From Candidatus Bipolaricaulota bacterium (GTDB lineage Bacteria; Bipolaricaulota; Bipolaricaulia; UBA7950; UBA9294): a stretch of DNA of 64,000 nt. Each line of letters starts with the position of its first letter. The stretch's first letter is position 1. A program made the translations under genes and the position numbers. The notes under the pieces were generated by a model, which saw nothing but the letters and a program-made list of their open reading frames with translations, ran no database searches and had not been told where the DNA came from. Where the stretch lies: the NCBI GenBank assembly GCA_028277345.1, contig JANQGM010000039.1:55728-119727 (forward strand). Direction: 5' to 3'. This document shows, piece by piece, positions 43,742-53,527 of the stretch.

Positions 43742-44518
43742 ATGATGCGGCGCATGGTCATTCTTGTTGCGGGGATCATGGTGTTCGGCCTATCGTGCGC
43801 GGCTCAATGGCCCGATCTCGAGGGGCGGTGGGCGATGATCCAGGTCTATCCTCAAATTGCGGTTCTTCCGTTTGCGGGTGAGGTCTCCCGAACCAGCTAT
43901 GTCGTCCAAATGGTGGAGATTGTGCAATCCGGAGCCGCATTGACATTGCTCGACCGGTACTGTTTGACGCACGTCGAGGACGGAACTCCGCTTGTTGTTA
44001 CCACCATTCCGCGCGCCTTCATGGCGTCGCTTCGCCCTCAACCGCGCACGGCGATCTTGTCGGAGACCGACGACGGCCTCTCCTTTGTTCAAGCGCCGTA
44101 TGTGGAAGTTCGTGGCGCGCTGTTGGAGGATGAGATTGCCGATGCGTTGCCAACGGAGGCGGCCGACCCACGCGTGATTGATCAGGATGGAGATGGGAAT
44201 CCGGGGTTAACGGTCTTCGTGCTGATCCTGGGGATTGTCGAGGGAGAAACCTACATCGTTCAGCGTGTGATGACCGAGTTAACGGGAACCGTTGTCTTCT
44301 CCGATCGCATCGAAGGAACGATCCAATGGACGGATGAGCAATCCGTGCTGGAGGCGTCCAACCCGTTGTTGAAGGTTGATACCATCGGATATCCTGACCC
44401 CGACCCAACCGCTCACCGGTTTCTCATGGTGCGGGTCGACGAGAACTGGACATGCGATCGGTTGAGCGAAGAATGGGCAACGTTGTTCAATATCGAGCTG
44501 CCAGACGATGCGATGTAG
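43742..44518 (+). CDS. Hypothetical secreted protein with a DQDGDGNPG calcium-loop-like motif
   Basis: It has a signal peptide and starts 1 nt after the lipocalin stop. I recognise no family. Confidence 0.6.
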   Translation: MMRRMVILVAGIMVFGLSCAAQWPDLEGRWAMIQVYPQIAVLPFAGEVSRTSYVVQMVEIVQSGAALTLLDRYCLTHVEDGTPLVVTTIPRAFMASLRPQPRTAILSETDDGLSFVQAPYVEVRGALLEDEIADALPTEAADPRVIDQDGDGNPGLTVFVLILGIVEGETYIVQRVMTELTGTVVFSDRIEGTIQWTDEQSVLEASNPLLKVDTIGYPDPDPTAHRFLMVRVDENWTCDRLSEEWATLFNIELPDDAM

Positions 44519-44601
44519 CCATTCCGTCTTGAACCCTCTATCATCTCCATAAGCTGTAGCGTGGGGTTTGCGAACCGATTCGCCAGGCAACGAGGGGGGA
44601 C

Positions 44602-45456
44602 ATGTCGAGACATCATCCGAAAACGGTGTTGATCACAGGGGCATCCTCTGGGATCGGCTATGCTTGTGCGCGGCACTTGGCGTCGCTGGGGCACACGGTC
44701 TTCGGAACATCGAGACAGCCTGAGCGCGCGTTGCCTCTGTGCGTGAAGTCCGCGATCGAGTCGCTGACGTCCCTTCATTTTCTTGTGGTCGATGTCAACG
44801 ATGCAGAGATCGTCGATCGTGCAGTTGATGAGATCGTCGAGCGCGCCGGGAGGTTGGATGTCATCATCAACTGTGCAGGCTTCGGGATCGGAGGATCGAT
44901 CGAAGAGACCTCGGATGACGAAGTCCGGGCACTGTTTGAGACCAACGTTCTAGGCGCTTTAAGGGTGATCCGGGCAGCGTTGCCCATCATGCGAAAGCAG
45001 CGGAATGGCCTCATCATCAACTTCTCATCCATTGGCGGGCTGATGGGGTTGCCTTTCCAGGGATTCTACAGCGCCACGAAATTCGCGATTGAGGGACTCA
45101 CCGAAGCGCTTCGCATGGAAGTTCGACGGTTTGGGGTCCGCGCTGTGCTGATTGAACCCGGCGATTTCAGCACGGGCTTCACCGATCGACGCAAGCTTGT
45201 CACTGCCTCCGAATCAAGTGACACCTATCGCGACGCGCAGCAGCATGTGCTTTCGATTGTGGAGAAGGATGAGCGCGGCGGGAAGTCGCCTGAGTCGATC
45301 GCACGATTGGTCGCTCGCATTCTTCGAAAACGGTATCCCCGCGTTCGCTATACGATCGGCCCGGTGGCGCAACGCATCGCGGCAGGGTTGAAGCGGATCC
45401 TCCCATCGACTTGGTTCGAGTGGATTCTCTCGATGTACTACGGCGTTCGATCCTAG
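44602..45456 (+). CDS. Short-chain dehydrogenase/reductase (classical SDR)
   Basis: TGASSGIG cofactor motif, NCAG, and YSATKFAIEG (YxxxK). Confidence 0.88.
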   Translation: MSRHHPKTVLITGASSGIGYACARHLASLGHTVFGTSRQPERALPLCVKSAIESLTSLHFLVVDVNDAEIVDRAVDEIVERAGRLDVIINCAGFGIGGSIEETSDDEVRALFETNVLGALRVIRAALPIMRKQRNGLIINFSSIGGLMGLPFQGFYSATKFAIEGLTEALRMEVRRFGVRAVLIEPGDFSTGFTDRRKLVTASESSDTYRDAQQHVLSIVEKDERGGKSPESIARLVARILRKRYPRVRYTIGPVAQRIAAGLKRILPSTWFEWILSMYYGVRS

Positions 45457-45472
45457 GAAGAAAGGAATCACT

Positions 45473-46693
45473 TTGGACGTATTTGAGAAGTGCCGAAGTT
45501 TCGCCTCCGATCCCGCCATTGCGGAAAGCATGGGCTATCCGGCTAATCCGCAGAAAGCCAAAGAACTAGGGCTCTATCCCTTCTTCATCCCAATGGATCA
45601 AGCCGAAGGTACAGAGGTCGTGATCGATGGCCGGCGGCTGATCATGCTGGGGTCAAACAACTACCTTGGACTCACCATGCATCCGGACGTCCGCGAAGCC
45701 GCCCACGCGGCACTTCGTGAATTCGGGACGAGTTGCACGGGATCTCGGTTCTTGAATGGGACACTGGCTTTGCATCATGAGCTTGAAGCCCGCTTAGCCG
45801 CCTTCTTGGGCAAGGAAGATGCCATTGTGTTCAGCACGGGATATCAAACCAACCTGGGGGTGTTTTCCGCTCTTATCGGACGAAACGATATCGTCGTTTG
45901 CGATAAGGAGAACCATGCCTCTATCGTTGATGGATGCCGCCTATCGCTGGGACGCATGAAGCGGTATCGGCACAATGACATGGAGGATTTAGAGCGTGTT
46001 TTGGCCTCGTGTGATGAAAGCGCGGGGACCTTGGTGGCCACAGACGGCGTGTTTAGCATGAGCGGCGAGCTGGCTCCACTGCCGGAGATCACAGAGATCT
46101 GCGCGTCCCAAGGGGCGCGCTTGCTTGTCGATGATGCACATGGAATCGGCGTTGTCGGCGAAGGGAGGGGAACCGCCCATCTCCAAGGCGTCGCGGAGCG
46201 AGCGGACCTCTTGCTCGGCACCTTCTCCAAATCGTTGGCTTCGATTGGCGGCTACGTGGCAGGGGATCGGGACACGATTTCTTGGATTCGGCATCTTGCG
46301 CGATCGCTCATTTTTAGCGCGAGTCTTCCGGCGCCCAACGTCGCTGCGGCGCTAGCGGCATTGGATATCATCGAGCAAGAGCCGGACCGGGTCGACTGCG
46401 TCAACGCGATTGCCGATCGCATGCGAACGGGCCTTCGTGACATGGGGTTCAATACGGGAAGCAGCGTGACGCCGATTATCCCCGTGTTCATCGGCGACTC
46501 ACTGAAGGCTCTCCAGGTCTGGCGCTATTTGTACGATCACGGACTCTACACCAATGTTGCCATTCCACCAGCTGTTCCCGTTGGACAGTCGTTGCTTCGA
46601 ACGAGTGTGATGGCCACGCACACGGATGAGCACTTGGACTTAGCCTTGCGGACGTTTGCCGAGATGGGGCGTGCGTTCGATTTGATCCCCTAG
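45473..46693 (+). CDS. PLP-dependent alpha-oxoamine synthase, serine-palmitoyltransferase-like
   Basis: TTG start. SNNYLGL, GSRFLNGT, FSTGYQTNLG, HASIVDGC, DDAHGIG, the PLP lysine in GTFSKSLASIGGY, IFSASLP and GLYTNVAIPPAVP. These blocks align closely with my memory of the Sphingomonas SPT sequence. Confidence 0.8.
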   Translation: MDVFEKCRSFASDPAIAESMGYPANPQKAKELGLYPFFIPMDQAEGTEVVIDGRRLIMLGSNNYLGLTMHPDVREAAHAALREFGTSCTGSRFLNGTLALHHELEARLAAFLGKEDAIVFSTGYQTNLGVFSALIGRNDIVVCDKENHASIVDGCRLSLGRMKRYRHNDMEDLERVLASCDESAGTLVATDGVFSMSGELAPLPEITEICASQGARLLVDDAHGIGVVGEGRGTAHLQGVAERADLLLGTFSKSLASIGGYVAGDRDTISWIRHLARSLIFSASLPAPNVAAALAALDIIEQEPDRVDCVNAIADRMRTGLRDMGFNTGSSVTPIIPVFIGDSLKALQVWRYLYDHGLYTNVAIPPAVPVGQSLLRTSVMATHTDEHLDLALRTFAEMGRAFDLIP

Positions 46694-46704
46694 CGAGTGA
46701 AAGG

Positions 46705-47937
46705 CTAGAGTTCTCTTGCCGAGCGGCCGGCGGCTTCTCCCGCCCGCTTGCCCGTGACGAAGGCCCAAAGGAAATTGGTGCCGCCGATGGGACCGAAGGC
46801 ATCTAGCATCTCTCCGCAGAAATAGAGATGAGGAGTGCGCTTGCTTTGTAGGGTTTTGGTTTCGATCTCACTGAGGTGGACGCCTCCCCCCGTCACTTCA
46901 GCGGCTTGAAAACCATCATTGCGCGTGATGGGCAGCGGATAGCGGGTCAGCGTTCGCACCAGCTGTTCCCTCCGGTCTCGTTCAAGCGTGGCGACACGGG
47001 CGTCGTAGAGCGAGATTTCGTCCAACAATTGATCGGCCAACCGGTCGGGCATTTGCTGCAAGAGGGTGCCGCGCACCGTTTTCTTGCCTTTGGTAAGCAA
47101 TTGCCGCCACTGATCCTCGGAAGGTTCGGCCCATGACACGAAGATCTGTGCTTCTTCGCGGTGCTGGCGCGCGCGCGAAACGACATGGCTTGTGTTCAGG
47201 ATGGCGGGGCCGCTGTAGCCCCGATGGGTGAATAGGAATCCGCCGTTCGCCGATGAGGATTCTGAGGGAGATTCCGCGGTAACGGACGCCACCACAGTAA
47301 TCCCCGCGAGGTTGCGATGAGAGGGCCTTGCCCCAACTAACGTGGTTAACGCGGGATACGTGGGAACGATGTGATGTCCCGAAGTCCGCGCCAACTCAAT
47401 TCCCGATCCATCGCTGCCGGTTTGTGGGTAGGACAGGCCGCCACAGGCGAGGATGACGCGGCGCGCGCGAATCGTCACCTTATCCGGTGATGTCAGGAAA
47501 AAGGGATCGCTTCCGCTCAGCCGCGCGACATGAAACGACCGTACGAGCTTGACCCCCGAGGTCTTGGCGAAGTCATGCAGCGCCTTTCGCGCCGCTTTCC
47601 CTCCTCCCACGACATGCAGTTTCCCAGTTGATTCATCACGCTTGATCTTCAACCCGGCATTGGCTTCAAGAAACGTTCGAACGTTGTTCAATGGCCACGC
47701 GGTCAGGATGTTGCGGAGCGTAAATGCGGAGGAGTCGGTGACATAGGCGGCTGGATCCACGGCGTTCGGAAGAACGTTGCAACGCCCCCCGCCGGAGAGC
47801 AGCAGCTTCTGCCCTGGATCGGGCATGCGATCGATCAGGACCGTGAGCGCTCCCGCGCGTGCGGCGTAGATGGCGGCCAGCGTCCCCGCAGGACCGGCGC
47901 CGACAACAGCGACATCATACAGCGTGGACTCAGACAT
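46705..47937 (-). CDS. HI0933/BaiN-family NAD(P)/FAD-dependent oxidoreductase
   Basis: VAVVGAGPAGTLAA and LLLSGGGRCN. Confidence 0.8.
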   Translation of the reverse strand: MSESTLYDVAVVGAGPAGTLAAIYAARAGALTVLIDRMPDPGQKLLLSGGGRCNVLPNAVDPAAYVTDSSAFTLRNILTAWPLNNVRTFLEANAGLKIKRDESTGKLHVVGGGKAARKALHDFAKTSGVKLVRSFHVARLSGSDPFFLTSPDKVTIRARRVILACGGLSYPQTGSDGSGIELARTSGHHIVPTYPALTTLVGARPSHRNLAGITVVASVTAESPSESSSANGGFLFTHRGYSGPAILNTSHVVSRARQHREEAQIFVSWAEPSEDQWRQLLTKGKKTVRGTLLQQMPDRLADQLLDEISLYDARVATLERDRREQLVRTLTRYPLPITRNDGFQAAEVTGGGVHLSEIETKTLQSKRTPHLYFCGEMLDAFGPIGGTNFLWAFVTGKRAGEAAGRSAREL

Positions 47938-47975
47938 GATGAGAGCATAGCTCCATTCTTCAGGAACAGCCAGAA

Positions 47976-48000
47976 GCCCCCGGCTGAAGATGCCGGGGGC
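47976..48000 (-). terminator. GC-rich hairpin downstream of hflC
   Basis: GCCCCCGGC-TGAAGAT-GCCGGGGGC (9-bp stem). On the minus strand it is followed by TTCTGGCTGTT. Confidence 0.5.
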
Positions 48001-48018
48001 CGTGGCAGAGGTTAGAGA

Positions 48019-48882
48019 TCAGTCGTCGATCATCCCATCGAGGAACTCCAGGAAATCGGATTCCGTCGTCAGCACAATCGTTGTGTCGGACGCCAAGGCG
48101 ACGCGATAGGCTTCAAGCGTTCTCCAGAATCGATAGAAAACGGGGTCTTGGTTGTACGCCTCGGCATAGACCTCAAGGGCGCGAGCATCGCCTTCACCGC
48201 GAACGCGCTCCGCATCCTTGTTTGCATCGGCGAGGATAATTTCGACTTCCTTATCCGCATTGGACGTGATCTGGCGAGCCTGCTCTTCGCCCTCGGCGCG
48301 CAGTTGGGCGGCGATGCGCTCTCTTTCCGATCGCATGCGTGAGAACACGGCTTGCTCGATTTCCGTCGGAAGATCGGCTCTCTTGATACGGACATCAATC
48401 AGATTAATGCCAAATTCGGAGAGTTTCGGGCGACTGAGCTCTGTGACGACACGCAGGTACTCGGCGCGCTTCTCAGAGACAATCTCTTCCAACGTATGCT
48501 TGGCAAGGATATTTCGAAGATCGGAATAGACGATCTCGTCAATCTTGGATTGACCGCCGACGAGACGGCCTCCTGTGCTTTCCAAGAAGAGACGAGGATT
48601 CTCGATACGCCAAATGGCGTAGTTATCGATGACCATACGTTCTTGGTCCGACGTTAGTACTTCATGGGGTTGGATATCGTAATTGAGAATCCTATCTTCC
48701 AAGTAGGTGATAGATTGCACGAATGGAATCTTCAGGTTAAGCCCTGGTTCTTCGACGATACGTACGATGTTCCCTAGCTGAATAACAACGGCGGTTCGCG
48801 TTTCATCAACCGTGAAGGTAAACAGGTTGAATCCGATCACGGCGACGAGAACGATGGCGACAAAAGCAATCAGAGTTTTCAC
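48019..48882 (-). CDS. hflC: Protease modulator HflC (SPFH/band-7)
   Basis: N-terminal TM, then TFTVDETRTAVVIQLG...EPGLNLKIPFVQ. The GTG start overlaps the hflK stop by 1 nt. Confidence 0.85.
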   Translation of the reverse strand: MKTLIAFVAIVLVAVIGFNLFTFTVDETRTAVVIQLGNIVRIVEEPGLNLKIPFVQSITYLEDRILNYDIQPHEVLTSDQERMVIDNYAIWRIENPRLFLESTGGRLVGGQSKIDEIVYSDLRNILAKHTLEEIVSEKRAEYLRVVTELSRPKLSEFGINLIDVRIKRADLPTEIEQAVFSRMRSERERIAAQLRAEGEEQARQITSNADKEVEIILADANKDAERVRGEGDARALEVYAEAYNQDPVFYRFWRTLEAYRVALASDTTIVLTTESDFLEFLDGMIDD

Positions 48883-49883
48883 TATCGGTCACCTCCCGTG
48901 TTATTGAGATCAAGTAACTTCAACAAGCTCGAATCGTCTTGTGGAAGAATGATCTTCGACATCCCGGGAAGGATTTCCTCCATGGCCTCGATGTACAGAC
49001 GTGTGCGCGTAACCTCTTCGCCCAGTTCATATCTGCTGAGCACCTCGATGAAGCGGGCGACGTCACCTTCAGCGCCCTTGATTCGGGTCTGTTTGTACGC
49101 TTCGGCCTGATTGGCGATCTCCTGGGCCTGCCCTCGGGCACGCGGCACGATGTCGAGCGCGTATCGATCAGCTTCGTTGATCAGTTTTTCCTTATCTTGC
49201 CGAGCGCTATTGACATCATCGAACGCTGAGACGACTTCTGTTGGGGGTTTGACATCTTGAAGCTGCACGTTCGCGATGAGGATGCCTATGCCGTAGTTAT
49301 CCAAGAGCTCTTGAAGTGCAAGACGCGACTGAAGGCCGATGGTATCACGCTGCTCGGTTAGGGTTTCATCGAGCATCTTGGTCGCGACCTGTTCGCGAAG
49401 AACGGCCTCGGCCGCTTGTTTAATAATGGCTGAGGCATCGATGAGATTGAAAGCGAACTGAGCGGAGTCCTTGATTCGATATTGGACAACCATTTCAACG
49501 TGGGCGATATTGCCGTCCCGGGTCAGCATTAGGGCTTCGGTTTCGATCGCTTGGTAGCGGGGATTGGGTGCGGGAGAAATCGTTCGGAAACCGATTTCCT
49601 CATTTCGCACTTCAAGGATGTTGACAGTGACAACAGACTCGATTGGCGCAGGCAGGTGATAGTTGAGTCCTGGCTGTGCCGTGCGCACGAATCTACCAAA
49701 TCGTTTGACAAGACCTTCTTCTGAAGGGCCGATCGTATAGATGCCGGTGGCCAAGTAGATGCCCACAATGAGGACGATGGCGAGCCATCCGAAAGCGCCT
49801 GGCAATCGGCGAAGCGGAATGGATCGACGCCCCTCCTCGCGTTGGGAATCTGGGTCTAATAGACGGTCGACGAAGTTCGACAT
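48882..49883 (-). CDS. hflK: Protease modulator HflK (SPFH/band-7)
   Basis: ATG at 49883 lies behind an AGGAGG SD. TM, then GIYTIGPSEEGLVKRFGRF...QPGLNYHLPAPIE. Confidence 0.85.
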   Translation of the reverse strand: MSNFVDRLLDPDSQREEGRRSIPLRRLPGAFGWLAIVLIVGIYLATGIYTIGPSEEGLVKRFGRFVRTAQPGLNYHLPAPIESVVTVNILEVRNEEIGFRTISPAPNPRYQAIETEALMLTRDGNIAHVEMVVQYRIKDSAQFAFNLIDASAIIKQAAEAVLREQVATKMLDETLTEQRDTIGLQSRLALQELLDNYGIGILIANVQLQDVKPPTEVVSAFDDVNSARQDKEKLINEADRYALDIVPRARGQAQEIANQAEAYKQTRIKGAEGDVARFIEVLSRYELGEEVTRTRLYIEAMEEILPGMSKIILPQDDSSLLKLLDLNNTGGDR

Positions 49884-50050
49884 GCTCCCCTCCTGTTGAA
49901 TCATCCCATCGAGCCGATCGTGAAGATCGGTCTCTGAAGCATGGCATTATACGCGGGGATACGCAAAAAGCTTGGACGCGAACGCAGCCCTACAGTTGAT
50001 GGGGGCAAGATGGCTGGGTACGCTGAGGCATCTCGATGCCTGGAGGTCCC

Positions 50051-52147
50051 ATGAATTCGTTTGAGCACCTGCCGTCCTCTTCTCCAACAACCCGCCGCGT
50101 TCCACACACGGACTGTCTTCACGGACAGGAGATCGCCGATCCGTACCGCTGGCTGGAGGACGTCGATTCTCAAGACATTGCCGAATGGATTCGTGAGCAG
50201 AATGCGCATACGCAGCAGGCACTCCAGGGAATCGCGTTTGGGCAACATCTTCGCGAGCGCGTTGGGACCCTATCCCTTTTCGAGAATGTGGGGATGCCCA
50301 AGCGCGGGGGACGCCGTCTCTTTTTCACAGTCCAAGGGCCGCGCGATCTTCAACCCTCGTTGGTCTGGATGGATAAGGATGGAGGAGAGCTTCATGCACT
50401 CATCGATCCCGCCACGATGGCGGATGACGCCGCTGTCTCGGTCAGTGGATTCGATCCCAGCCCCAGTGGACGCTACGTTGCCGTGGGCCTCTCCGAAGCG
50501 GGTTCGGATTGGCAAACATGGCGCATCATCGATGTCGATACCGGCGAGCCGCTTCGCGATGAGCTTCGTTGGATTCGCTTTACGATCACCAGTTGGCGAG
50601 CGGACGAAACCGGGTTCTTCTATTCCGGATCCGAGCCTCCGCCGGAGAATGAGGTGTTCAAGGCCCCGGCGACTCGGAGGCGCATCCGGTTCCACCGCCT
50701 CGGCGAACCTCAGGACAACGATGCTGTCATCTTCGATCGACAGATCGATCCGACAGCGATGTCGTATGGGCGAGTGACGTCCGATGATCGCTATCTCGTC
50801 ATCTGGACGCAACGGGGCACCTACCGGCAGAATCTCGTCGACGTGTTGGACTTGAGCGAGTCACAAGCCGGGCCGCGGGCATTGGTCTCGGAGTTCTCGG
50901 CCTCTTATGTCTTCCTCGGGAACCGTGGTTCGACGCTGTTTTTCTGGACCAACGACGATGCCCCCTATGGCCGCATCGTGGCTATCGATCTCGCATCTCC
51001 TGAATCCTCCTCGTGGCGTGAGGTCGTTGCGGAATCCAAAGGTGTAATTGAGTCTGCCGCCTATGTCGGCGGGAACTTTGTGATTTCGACATTGGTTGAT
51101 GCGGAATCCAAGGTGCTCGTCTACGAGGAGGAAGGAACGAGACGGTACGAATTGGACCTCCCTGGGAGAGGCTCCGTTCCTCTGGTTGATGGACGGGCGC
51201 AAGGAGCCGACGTTTACCTATGGTATTCTGCTCCTGCTCAGCCGGCGACGATTCTTCACCACGACCTCTCGACACAACGGACGGCGCCGTTTCGAGCGCA
51301 TACCCTCCCGTTTGATCCGGAGAACTACATCACGGAGCGCCATACCGCCATCAGCGCAGATGGAACCGAAATCCCAATCTTCCTTTCGCGAAAGAAGACA
51401 ACGAAGGTTGGCCTAGACACTCCAACCTGTTTGTACGGCTACGGGGGCTTCAACATCTCCTGCTCCCCCGATTTTCGGCTCGATCATCTTTCCTGGATGG
51501 ACATGGGTGGTCAGCTGGCCGTGGCATGCATCCGCGGTGGAGGCGAATTCGGTGAAGCTTGGCATCAAGCTGGCGTAGGGGTTAATCGGCCCAATGTCTT
51601 CGATGATTTCATCGCGGCGGCGGAGTGGCTCATCGAAACAAAGCGAACGTCGACGCCGAAGTTGGTTATCCATGGTCGAAGCAACGGTGGGCTGCTTATC
51701 GGCGCGTGCATGACGAAGCGTCCAGATCTCTTTGGAGCGTGTCTTCCCGCGGTCGGCGTGCTGGACATGTTGCGCTTCCACAAATTCACCGTCGGCGCGT
51801 TCTGGACCTCGGACTATGGTTCTCCAGAGGATGAGGATCTGTTCTCAGTGCTTCTGAGCTACTCTCCGCTGCACAACGTGGAGGAGGGGCGCACATACCC
51901 GCCGACTCTGGTGACCACGGCCGATCATGATGATCGCGTCTTCCCCGCACATTCCTTCAAGTTCGCGGCCGCGCTTCAGCACGCTCAATCCGGAACGAAT
52001 CCGATTTTGCTTCGCGTTGAGGAGAGGGCCGGACACGGCCTCGGCAAGCCAAAGGACAAACTGTTAGATGAGATTGCCGACAACTGGATCTTTGCCTTTG
52101 CTGCGCTGGATACTGCGCCTCAGTTTCCGGATTCAGCCAGTTCCTGA
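50051..52147 (+). CDS. Prolyl oligopeptidase (S9A family)
   Basis: ATG at 50051 lies behind a GGAGG SD. DPYRWLED N-terminal signature, catalytic Ser in HGRSNGGLL, then DHDDRV and RAGHG. Confidence 0.9.
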   Translation: MNSFEHLPSSSPTTRRVPHTDCLHGQEIADPYRWLEDVDSQDIAEWIREQNAHTQQALQGIAFGQHLRERVGTLSLFENVGMPKRGGRRLFFTVQGPRDLQPSLVWMDKDGGELHALIDPATMADDAAVSVSGFDPSPSGRYVAVGLSEAGSDWQTWRIIDVDTGEPLRDELRWIRFTITSWRADETGFFYSGSEPPPENEVFKAPATRRRIRFHRLGEPQDNDAVIFDRQIDPTAMSYGRVTSDDRYLVIWTQRGTYRQNLVDVLDLSESQAGPRALVSEFSASYVFLGNRGSTLFFWTNDDAPYGRIVAIDLASPESSSWREVVAESKGVIESAAYVGGNFVISTLVDAESKVLVYEEEGTRRYELDLPGRGSVPLVDGRAQGADVYLWYSAPAQPATILHHDLSTQRTAPFRAHTLPFDPENYITERHTAISADGTEIPIFLSRKKTTKVGLDTPTCLYGYGGFNISCSPDFRLDHLSWMDMGGQLAVACIRGGGEFGEAWHQAGVGVNRPNVFDDFIAAAEWLIETKRTSTPKLVIHGRSNGGLLIGACMTKRPDLFGACLPAVGVLDMLRFHKFTVGAFWTSDYGSPEDEDLFSVLLSYSPLHNVEEGRTYPPTLVTTADHDDRVFPAHSFKFAAALQHAQSGTNPILLRVEERAGHGLGKPKDKLLDEIADNWIFAFAALDTAPQFPDSASS

Positions 52148-53484
52148 GCGATGTAATTCTCGACAACACGTTCCACGAGGTGCATGGGGAGCGAGCCGTG
52201 GTTCAACACAACATGGTGGAAGCCGACGAGTTGGAATCCATCGCCAAGCGCAGCTTGGGCACCCTGTCGCAGGGCCAATAGCTTGTAGAATCCCGTGAAG
52301 GCGGGCACGAATGAGGCGGGATGAGCGATTGCCTGAAGGACGTTCATCTCGATGTCGTCTTCGCTGTCTGCTGTATGGGAGCGGTAGAAATCAGCGGTTT
52401 CCTCGTAGGTCCACCCCAGGGCGTGCATGCCGGTATCGACGGCGACGAGAACGGCGCGCTTGAGTTCCTCGTGCAGTCTCCCGAGATTTCCATAGGTGTC
52501 GTCTTTATAGGCGCCGAGCTCCCACGCGAGGCGTTCGGCGTAGGCGGCCCATCCCAGCACATGTGACCCCGAGATCCCAGTTTGCTGAATAAGCGGGAGA
52601 ACCGCTTGATAAAGGGTCTCGAAGTAGAGATGCATTCCGGGATAGGTCTCATGGAAGGTCTGTGTGGGAACGAGGTATTTGGGATGAGCGCTCGTGCATA
52701 GATTCGGATTGGCGATGACCATCAGAGCAAGGCTGGCGAAGAGAGGATGCTTCTCAATAGGCACGTAGGCCATGCTGGTCAGAAGCTCGCGCGCCTTGGC
52801 GAGGACAATCGGAGGGGCGATGATCCCCCGGCGCTTTCGATCTTCCAGGCCGTCGATGAGTTGATCGATCAGGGTTTCAACTTGAGAAAGCCGCGTCATG
52901 TAATCTTCGATATCCGTCAGCGTCTCACGCGGGTGGTAGGTCGTGAGCATATCGTAGAGGATCCAGTCCGGACTGCCCCCATAAACGTTTGTGACGAGAT
53001 AATCGTTGTCCTCGAAGGCATGGCCTGATATCTTGCTTGTCCAATAGGCTTCGCAAACGTCATACAGGAATTGATCTTCTTCGCCCAATGACTCCCGATT
53101 GTAGCTCCATAGTTGATCGAGAAGCCGACGTTCAATGCGTTGCGTTTCACGAAGGAAAGGCATCGAGTAGTTGTCCAGTCCATCATTGCGTACATCAAGC
53201 TGGGAGGCGAGCCCGAAGGTGGTGATCGCCTGGGGGTGACGAAGGAGATACAGCTCATACGAACGCGTGACGAAATTCCGAAAGTCCAGTTCTAGAACTT
53301 CAGCCAAGATCTCGTCTCCCATCGGGGCATTCCATAGATCGAGAGCCTCCGGCGGGATGACGCAAGAGGACTCATCTTGGGATGTCGGCTCCGATGAAAC
53401 CGGCGAAGCCAGAAGAAAAGCACCGACGGCAATACCGGCAATGAGACCGACGACCAACAGACCGAGCAGCCACGCGTTCTTCAT
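52120..53484 (-). CDS. DUF885-family protein, shortened paralog
   Basis: ATG at 53484 with a signal/anchor. It is collinear with the neighbouring 602-aa DUF885 protein except for a missing central segment. Its motif reads HETYPGMH where the neighbour has HETIPGHH. Confidence 0.75.
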   Translation of the reverse strand: MKNAWLLGLLVVGLIAGIAVGAFLLASPVSSEPTSQDESSCVIPPEALDLWNAPMGDEILAEVLELDFRNFVTRSYELYLLRHPQAITTFGLASQLDVRNDGLDNYSMPFLRETQRIERRLLDQLWSYNRESLGEEDQFLYDVCEAYWTSKISGHAFEDNDYLVTNVYGGSPDWILYDMLTTYHPRETLTDIEDYMTRLSQVETLIDQLIDGLEDRKRRGIIAPPIVLAKARELLTSMAYVPIEKHPLFASLALMVIANPNLCTSAHPKYLVPTQTFHETYPGMHLYFETLYQAVLPLIQQTGISGSHVLGWAAYAERLAWELGAYKDDTYGNLGRLHEELKRAVLVAVDTGMHALGWTYEETADFYRSHTADSEDDIEMNVLQAIAHPASFVPAFTGFYKLLALRQGAQAALGDGFQLVGFHHVVLNHGSLPMHLVERVVENYIAQELAESGN

Positions 53485-53527
53485 GGGATTAGATTCTCCT
53501 ATGCGGACGTTCGTGGAACTGGCGATT

